Positions 55,631 to 64,000 of a stretch of 64,000 nucleotides of DNA are shown here, in pieces. The DNA comes from Carpediemonas membranifera BICM. Taxonomy: Eukaryota > Protista > Fornicata. Position 1 is the first letter of the stretch. The number at the start of each line of letters is the position of its first letter. The stretch is from NCBI GenBank assembly GCA_019828565.1, contig JAHDYR010000037.1:1-64000 (forward strand), written 5' to 3'. The notes under the pieces were generated by a model. It worked only from the letters and a program-made list of their open reading frames with translations. It was not told the origin of the DNA and did no database searches. Both the position numbers and the translations under genes were made by a program.

Positions 55631-57245
55631 GATAGGTGGTGTGTTGTCGGGCCAGGTGAGGGCCACGAGCTGGTTGACGGCGATGATGGGGTCCGGAATG
55701 GGTTGGAACAGGTCGAGCGAGGTGAGCTCGGCTTGCCTCAGTGATACGAGCAAGGTGGGCAGTAAGGGTCGTGACGTACTCAGACGGTGTCCCTACCCCC
55801 TCTAGGGCCGGGCGGAAAAGCACTCTGTCGGGATCGACGGCCGGGCCGAAGACAATAGTCATCGGGGCGTAGCCGGTGGAGCGGTTGATGGTTGAGTTGG
55901 CGATGCGCTGTACGAACGGCAGGAACTTAGCCCAGTCTGTGTCACCGAGGGCGAAGGTCATCGCACGGAGATGGCGACCAACCTCTTTGTTGGCACGCTC
56001 AACGATGCCGTTGAGCTGATGGTGATACGGGAGTACGAGGTCACGGTCGATGCCGAGGGCACTTGTCAGGTCAGAGATGACCTTGGCGGTGAAGTGTGAG
56101 CCTCGGTCAGTCTTAAGTACCTTGGGGCAGCCGTAGCGGCTGACCAGGTCGACGAGCATCGAGGCCACAGTGGCGGCGTCACAGCTCTTGGACAGTCTCA
56201 GCTCAACAAAGCGTGAGAAGCAGTCGATGGCAACGAGGATGAAACGGTTGCCGGCAGTGTCCTCAGGGAGCGGGCCAATGTAATCCATCGCCCATGTATG
56301 GAAGGGATGAGGCGAGGAAGTGATGGTGCGCGGGTATGCAGCGTGAGGCTTGGGGTTAGAGAGACGCGTGAGTTGACAGGTTGGGCACTTCTTGATGAAG
56401 TCACGCGCAGCCCTGGCGAGGGTCGAGTGGGCCTCGTCCGGGTATGAGGCTGCGAGACGGCGGACAGTCTCCTGGATGCCGGCGTGGCCTAGGACATCAT
56501 TGTGGGCCCGGTCAACCTCGACACGGAGGCACCGAGACAGGGCATCAGCGACCACGTTGTCTCGGCCTGGGATATGGGAGATAATGATGTTGAACTCTTG
56601 AAGGCGCAGGCGCCAGCGGACAAGCTTCGGGGCAGTGGCCTTGCCGAGGTAAACCAAATTTCTATGGTCAGTTTGAACCTCGAAGGGGACGCCCAGCAGG
56701 AAGTGCTGGAAGTGAAGGACGGCGGCGTAGATTCCATAGAGTTCCTGCTCAATTGTTGCCCAGCGACGCTGCTGGGGTGAGAAGCGGTGTGAGAAGTAAG
56801 CGATGATGTCATCACTACCTTGTGGAAGCGAGTGATGTGCGAGAGGAGCTGTTCAGTGGAGATATTGGCCTTAGAGGCGATGGAGAGCTGCTTGAGGGCA
56901 CTAGTAGCGGCAATCTGAGTGCGGTAGGTGAAGAAGGCGCCGTTGATCTCAGATACCAGATCATCTGCGTCGATTTCGGCTAGGTTAGGCAGCTTGAGCT
57001 TGATGATGTCCTGAACGGACGAGGAGATGAGTGTGGTGATTGGTGGAGCTTCCATATGGAGGCTGGACAACTGGCTTAAGAAAACCTCGAAATCATCACA
57101 GAAGGACGCGAAGTGGTGGCGCGAAAAAGCAGCAAGGAACGGTGGTTTGATGTATGAGCACGTGTTTGGCTGCATTAGGCCTAGTATTAATACTGTGGCA
57201 AGAAAGCGCTAGCGGGGAAAAGTGTTTACTCCAATGTACCTTATT
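55631..57245 (-). mobile_element. Internally deleted Gypsy G2 (partial 5' LTR, gag N-terminus, RNase H end and integrase)
   Basis: gag ATG at 57175; joined at ~56815 to IIAYFSHRF…EQELYG, then PKLVRWRLRL, TDRGSHF and NGIVER. Confidence 0.75.
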
Positions 57246-57830
57246 AGTGGCGAAAGTGGTTGAAACTTTGACCGAGCGAGACTCGATCAATTCCCCACGA
57301 CAGAGGTTCGTCGTCAAGGCATTCGGCCTCGAGCTTGATGAGCTCGATTAGGTCGATAAGCTTGCTAGGGCGGAGCAGAGAACGTTCCATCTCTACTCGC
57401 TCGTACAATATCTGGGGCTTAAGCCTCGTCATGCAAATCTTGGATGCGGTCTTTTCGAAGGCCTCGGCCCGCTTGGCCGCGACTTCGTCTGCGGTCCAGG
57501 GGACGTCCTTTTCGACGACCGTTGCTGAGGCACCGTCCTCCGAGAGGACTGGAACCTTAGTCTTCTTGGTGCCGTACAGGCGACGGTGTCCGTCCTTGCG
57601 CTCCTTCGAGGCCACGCGCTGAGCGTAGTCGGCGGCTCTCTTGAATCGATCCGTATAATCGCGCACGGCGGCAAGATGAGTGCGATAACCACTGGTGTCC
57701 TTTGTGGGACAGTCGATGGAGCGGAGATGTTTCTTAAGCTGCTGAAGCGACTTGGGGGCAGCGAGCTCTCGGAGAAAATCAAAGACTTCCTCCTTTGTGG
57801 CCGTTTCGGCGGTCAATCCGGGCTTGGAGC
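57244..57830 (-). pseudogene. gag-like fragment, probably of G5
   Basis: 190-aa ORF resembling G1 gag (APKSLQQLKKHLRSIDC vs APRDPQDLRLRLEAVKC). Confidence 0.5.
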
Positions 57831-60800
57831 TGTGGTTAGGCGCAGTTTAAGGTTTTGGTTTTTGACCATTTTCACCACTGCGGTTTCCAGGAGTAAATCA
57901 GTTCTCATCCATTAATTGGAAAGTTCCCTTCAAGGCCAAACCAAGCACAGTATCGATACTACATGCAGTCTTTTGGCATCACCATCCCGTATTTGCGATC
58001 GCTTACGCGTTCTGCCTTCTTCACCTTCCAGGACGACGTCGATCACTACCAAGTTCAAGCGAGAGCCCTCAATCTCCAACTACCTCCCCTTGCAACCTTC
58101 CTTAGCCCATCTGTCACGCGCCTCGTGCGCCTCCGCGTCCCTATCGACGATATCCCCGACGGCGACCTCTTCGACACTATCGCGACCGAGTTCTTCAAGT
58201 TTCATACACAAGTTGAAGCTTACCAGTCTATCCAGCGCCTCCGCCTGCGCTCCCTCGAGCCGCCGGCCCTCTTAGCCCACATAGACTTACCATAAGACCC
58301 TCGCGCTATGTGATGATAACACTCGCCCCATCGATCAACAGACGCGGAAGCTCTTCACTGCCTCGCTCCCCTCGGCCCTCAAGACTCGCCTCAAGATCGT
58401 TAGCCCCGAGACGTTCGCTGAGGCCTGTGAGGCGGCCATCACAGAGCTCGATGACATAGTCTCCATCCGCGCGCAGAGCGAATCTTTCCGCGACGAGCCC
58501 CGCCTCGACATGCCGCCCCGGCGCCCTCCGCCCATCAAGGCCAAGGCTGAGCCGACCGCCCGTACCGTCGATCGCCGGCCGAAGTCGGAGCTCATCTGCC
58601 ACGGTTGTGGCCTCACAGGTCATGTACGGCCCGAGTGCCCTCACCGGGATCACCCCGGCTTCTTCGCGCATGGCATCCGTCGCCAAGCGCTCAACCTCAC
58701 TGCTAAGTTGGCCGCCCACACCAACAACAGCAGCCCTCATGTGAGCCTCCATTTCTCTGACCACGTCCCTCGCACCGCCTTGCTTGATACCGGTGCCAGC
58801 CTTAACTTCATCCCTCCAGCGCTTGCCGAGGAGATGCACCTGCGTCTCTTCGAGGCCCACGTCCCGCTCGAGACGGCCAACGGCACTATTACCGCGGAGT
58901 ATACGACCCGTCCCGTGACTATCACACTGCAGCTCGAGCGCCCAGTGGAGGTCACGGCGGAGTTCTTCGTCCTCCCTTCCGCCGGAGAGCTAATCATCGG
59001 CGTGCCCACGATACGCGCCGTGGGTTTGTTGCCCGACCTGCTCGCCCCGCGCGCCGAGGCAGAGTTCGTTGAGGCCACCCCGGTGCCCCTGCCTGACGAT
59101 CGTGCACCAGCCGAGATCGCTCATCCGCTGATCCAGGACTACCCGGACCTGTTCGCTTCTGAACTGCCTGGTGTCATCGGTGTTGAGCCTTTCCACATTG
59201 ACCTATCCGACACCGACGTCGCCCCGTTTCCACCGCGCCGTATGTCGCCCGCCCTAGCTGAGGCCGTCAAGGCAGAGGTAGATGGGCTCCTCGCCAGAGG
59301 CATTATCCAACCCTCGACCTCGCCTTTCGCCTCCCCCGCCTTCACAGTGCCGAAGCGCGGGGGCAAGCGTCGCATGGTAATTGACTACCGGCGCCTGAAC
59401 GAGAAAACGGTCCCCCTGCAGTACCCGCTAAGCAACCCGGCTGAGCTGCATCGTAGGCTCGCCGGCCATAACTACTACACGACGATTGACCTGGTCAGCG
59501 GATATCACCAGGTTCCGGTGGACCCGGCCTCCCGTCCTCTCACGGCATTCGCGACGCCCGCTGGCCTGTTTGAGTTCTGCCGTCTCCCTTTCGGTCTACG
59601 TTGTGCCCCTGCCTTTTTCCAACGTATGATGATGTCTGTGCTCAACGGACTCGTCGGTCGCATCTGTGAGGTATACCTAGACGACGTGATCATCCATGGG
59701 GACACCCAGGAAGAGCTGGATCGCAACACGCGCGCCGTATTCGACCGCCTCCAGCAACACCAGTTCCGTCTGGGTCGTGACAAGTGCCAGTTCGCGAAGA
59801 CCGAGGTAGAGTACGTGGGACACCTCATCTCGAAGAAAGGCATCCGCACATCACCGGAGCGCGTCGCTGCTATCGTCGCGATGAAGCCCCTTCGTCGGTC
59901 GCGGCGGTGCGCTCATTCACGGGTATGACTAACTACCTGCGGGAATTTATTCCGAACTACGCATCGGTCCTGGCGCCCATCGTCGACCTCACCAAGGCAA
60001 AAGTGCCGTTCGTCTGGGGCAAAGCCCAACAGCAGGCCTTCGAGGAAGTGAAGCGCCTCATCATGCGCCGACCGATCCTCGCGTACCCCGACTACTCCCG
60101 GACGCTCATCGTGCGTACCGACGCCTCCACCGCCGGTTGCGGCGGTGTTCTCCTGCAGGAGAAGGAGGGTGAGGAACAAGTCATCGCCTACACCTCCCAC
60201 CGTTTCACTGAGGCCGAGCAACGCTGGAGCACCATCGAACAGGAGCTCTTTGGCGTGTTCCATGCCATCATCAGCTTCGAGCATTTCATCCTAGGGCACC
60301 CCTTCGTTGTCGAGACGGACCATCGGAATTTGACCTATCTTGAGTCCACCACTACGCCTAAGCTCGTCCGCTGGCGCCTTCGCCTCTCCGAATACGACTT
60401 CACGGTCCGTCACATCGCCGGAGTCAACAACGAGGTGGCCGATTGCCTTTCCAGATGCCTGACGATTCGCTCACAGCGCGTGGCATCCCCGGTGGACATT
60501 ACCCACCAGGTACGGCAGCTTTTTGGCAAGTGCCACAACGCCCGTGTTGGACACATGGGCACCCGCATCACGACGGATCGGATCGCCGCCCAGCTACCTT
60601 CGTTTGCCCGCAAGGCGATCGAGAAACACGTCAAGCCCCTAGTCCGTACATGCCCGGTGTGCCAGCTCACGCGACAGCGCGCCAAGGTCAGTGTAGACCT
60701 CCCTCGCCAGCCCACAATGGCACCGTACCCCATGCACACCTGGGCCGTGGACTTTATTGGCCCGTTCCCGGAAGAACACGGTTTCCGTCACATCCTAGCC

Positions 60801-61888
60801 GCCGTTGACTGCTTCTCCCGGTTCGTGGAGCTAGTTCCCACGCCCGATTGCACCGCGCAGTCAGCGGTCACGGCCATCATGCAACTGGTGGGCCGCTACG
60901 GATGCCCGGCACACATTCGCTCTGATCAGGGCCCCCACTTTACCGCCCACCTGTTTGCTCAGCTCTCGCGCATCCTGAACATTCAGCACGACTTTACGCT
61001 CCCGTACCATCACCAGTATAACGGCATCATCGAGCGCCGCAACAAGGAAGTGAACCGCCACCTCCGCGCCGCCATGAACGAGCTGACCGATGACTTAGCC
61101 GACTGGGTTGCCTGTCTCCCGCTTGTACAGCGCACTCTGAACTGCACGCCGTGTGCAGCCACCGGCAACATACCCCCGGCCAACATCATGTTCGGTAACC
61201 TCACCGACACGGACCGAGTACTGCTACACAACCCGGTGGAGGGGGTGGGCGACGTCGCATTGTACTACGACAACCTGCTTGAGGCACAGAGACAGCTTGT
61301 CAAGGCCGTGCCAGTTCCTAAGCCACGTCCGGTCACCCAGACCACTTTCACTGTCGGCCAAGCTGTTGTGGTCACCAGGCCCGACAATGCCCGTGGCCCC
61401 TCTCGTCTGAGCCCCATCTATATGGGCCCCTACACCGTAGCCTCCCTCGACGGCACACTCGCCACCCTCACGAATCTTCGAACTCGTGCCGAAGAGACGT
61501 ATGATCTCCGCCGCCTCGTTCCCTTCCTCGGCGACTACACCCCCGACGACCTCACCGCCTTCGCTGCCGCCGGTGAGCAAGAATACACCGTCGAAGACAT
61601 CATCGACCACCGCTCTGGTCGTACCAAGACCCGTTTCCGTTTCCGTGTCCGCTGGGCCGGCTACGGTCCCGATGACGACACCTGGCTTCCCTATGCCGAG
61701 GTCCGTGACCTCGAAGCCCTCGACCGGTACTTGTCGAAGACCGGCATTCAGCTGTAATAGAGAGGGTAGTGTGGTGAGGCGCAGTTTAAGGTTTTGGTTT
61801 TTGACCATTTTCACCACTGCGGTTTCCAGGAGTAAATCAGTTCTCATCCATTAATTGGAAAGTTCCCTTCAAGGCCAAACCAAGCACA
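57831..61888 (+). mobile_element. Ty3/Gypsy chromovirus G3, 119-bp LTRs
   Basis: LTRs 57831-57949 and 61770-61888 (1 mismatch); PPT AGAGAGGGTAG. Confidence 0.92.
57963..61757 (+). CDS. G3 Gag-Pol with two frame disruptions (~58286, ~59890)
   Basis: CHGCGLTGHVRPEC zinc knuckle, LLDTGAS, YLDDV, RTDAS, SDQGPHF, chromodomain EYTVEDI…VRWAGY…TWLP. Confidence 0.88.
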
Positions 61889-63478
61889 GTATCGATACTA
61901 CATGCAGTCTTTTGGCATCACCATCCCGTATTTGCGATCGCTTACGCGTTCTGCCTTCTTCACCTTCCAGGACGACGTCGATCACTACCAAGTTCAAGCG
62001 AGAGCCCTCAATCTCCAACTACCTCCCCTTGCAACCTTCCTTAGCCCATCTGTCACGCGCCTCGTGCGCCTCCGCGTCCCTATCGACGATATCCCCGACG
62101 GCGACCTCTTCGACACTATCGCGACCGAGTTCTTCAAGTTTCATACACAAGTTGAAGCTTACCAGTCTATCCAGCGCCTCCGCCTGCGCTCCCTCGAGCC
62201 GCCGGCCCTCTTAGCCCACATAGACTTACCATAAGACCCTCGCGCTATGTGATGATAACACTCGCCCCATCGATCAACAGACGCGGAAGCTCTTCACTGC
62301 CTCGCTCCCCTCGGCCCTCAAGACTCGCCTCAAGATCGTTAGCCCCGAGACGTTCGCTGAGGCCTGTGAGGCGGCCATCACAGAGCTCGATGACATAGTC
62401 TCCATCCGCGCGCAGAGCGAATCTTTCCGCGACGAGCCCCGCCTCGACATGCCGCCCCGGCGCCCTCCGCCCATCAAGGCCAAGGCTGAGCCGACCGCCC
62501 CTACCGTCGATCGCCGGCCGAAGTCGGAGCTCATCTGCCACGGTTGTGGCCTCACAGGTCATGTACGGCCCGAGTGCCCTCACCGGGATCACCCCGGCTT
62601 CTTCGCGCATGGCATCCGTCGCCAAGCGCTCAACCTCACTGCTAAGTTGGCCGCCCACACCAACAACAGCAGCCCTCATGTGAGCCTCCATTTCTCTGAC
62701 CACGTCCCTCGCACCGCCTTGCTTGATACCGGTGCCAGCCTTAACTTCATCCCTCCAGCGCTTGCCGAGGAGATGCACCTGCGTCTCTTCGAGGCCCACG
62801 TCCCGCTCGAGACGGCCAACGGCACTATTACCGCGGAGTATACGACCCGTCCCGTGACTATCACACTGCAGCTCGAGCGCCCAGTGGAGGTCACGGCGGA
62901 GTTCTTCGTCCTCCCTTCCGCCGGAGAGCTAATCATCGGCGTGCCCACGATACGCGCCGTGGGTTTGTTGCCCGACCTGCTCGCCCCGCGCGCCGAGGCA
63001 GAGTTCGTTGAGGCCACCCCGGTGCCCCTGCCTGACGATCGTGCACCAGCCGAGATCGCTCATCCGCTGATCCAGGACTACCCGGACCTGTTCGCTTCTG
63101 AACTGCCTGGTGTCATCGGTGTTGAGCCTTTCCACATTGACCTATCCGACACCGACGTCGCCCCGTTTCCACCGCGCCGTATGTCGCCCGCCCTAGCTGA
63201 GGCCGTCAAGGCAGAGGTAGATGGGCTCCTCGCCAGAGGCATTATCCAACCCTCGACCTCGCCTTTCGCCTCCCCCGCCTTCACAGTGCCGAAGCGCGGG
63301 GGCAAGCGTCGCATGGTAATTGACTACCGGCGCCTGAACGAGAAAACGGTCCCCCTGCAGTACCCGCTAAGCAACCCGGCTGAGCTGCATCGTAGGCTCG
63401 CCGGCCATAACTACTACACGACGATTGACCTGGTCAGCGGATATCACCAGGTTCCGGTGGACCCGGCCTCCCGTCCTC
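61770..63478 (+). mobile_element. Second tandem G3 copy sharing the middle LTR, truncated in RT
   Basis: 61770-63478 duplicates 57831-59539 almost exactly, then switches to unrelated AT-richer DNA. Confidence 0.9.
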
Positions 63479-64000
63479 ATGCTGTTTTTTCTGGTACTTT
63501 AACCGGGACTTTAAGTCCCGGAATAAGTCCCGGAATACATGAAAAAAGGACGATTGCAAGAAAAAATGAACGCGCTCAAACAATTAAACTACAGCGTATT
63601 ACGCCTTGCACTTGCACAAGGCATCGTTTAGACATCCGTACAACATGCTGAAGACCTTCACTCGCGAAGTCAGTGGCATCGCACAAACTCTCGTCGAAAA
63701 ACTGTCTCATGGTTCATCTAGGGTCGGGATAGACTGCCGTGCCTCCCCCACTGGTCCAGTATGCCGAGATAAAATTTCCTGGGTGCGTAAAGATGCGATT
63801 TTTGGGAATTGCTCCGAAAGAAGTTTGCTTTTGCTCGCCAACAAAGAAGGCCGAAAGCAAGTGAGAACATCTGTGTCACATAACAACCTTTGTTCTGCAT
63901 CAAATAGCAGCAAGATTGCATACGGCATCGAGTATTCTCGAGAAAACACTCAAAACTTTGCCTGGCAAACGAAAAACGATCCTAAAAGCTAATTTACCTC

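Noticed and set aside
59880-59895. Programmed frameshift in G3 RT
   Set aside because: Falls in a C homopolymer; such indels are common among repeat copies here, so it is likely an error or mutation.

Overview
Eukaryotic, GC-rich, gene-compact DNA. A 28-nt intron with a fused branch point/3' splice site, a CIPK and the standard genetic code suggest a metamonad/fornicate-like protist (inference). There are three zones. (1) 1-43.86 kb: a strictly polarized head-to-tail chain of about 12 units from three Helitron2/Helentron-like families (HUH Rep + PIF1 helicase + OTU-like protease) and their non-autonomous, satellite-carrying derivatives. Each unit has a fixed right end in ...TTAC and a variably truncated left end. 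Several junctions carry extra CTTAC repeats, which read (TAAGG)n, telomere-like, on the minus strand. This suggests rolling-circle elements added serially to a chromosome end. (2) 44.5-49.8 kb: four host genes (TPR protein, Nse2/Mms21-like SP-RING, CIPK kinase, Cfd1/NUBP2). (3) 50.8-63.5 kb: a nest of a DIRS-type tyrosine-recombinase retroelement and several Ty3/Gypsy chromoviruses. Four LTR families with dissimilar LTRs lack a tRNA primer-binding site and instead have a covarying 12-bp perfect palindrome directly after the 5' LTR, a candidate tRNA-independent priming signal. Many single-base indels fall in homopolymers and may be long-read errors.
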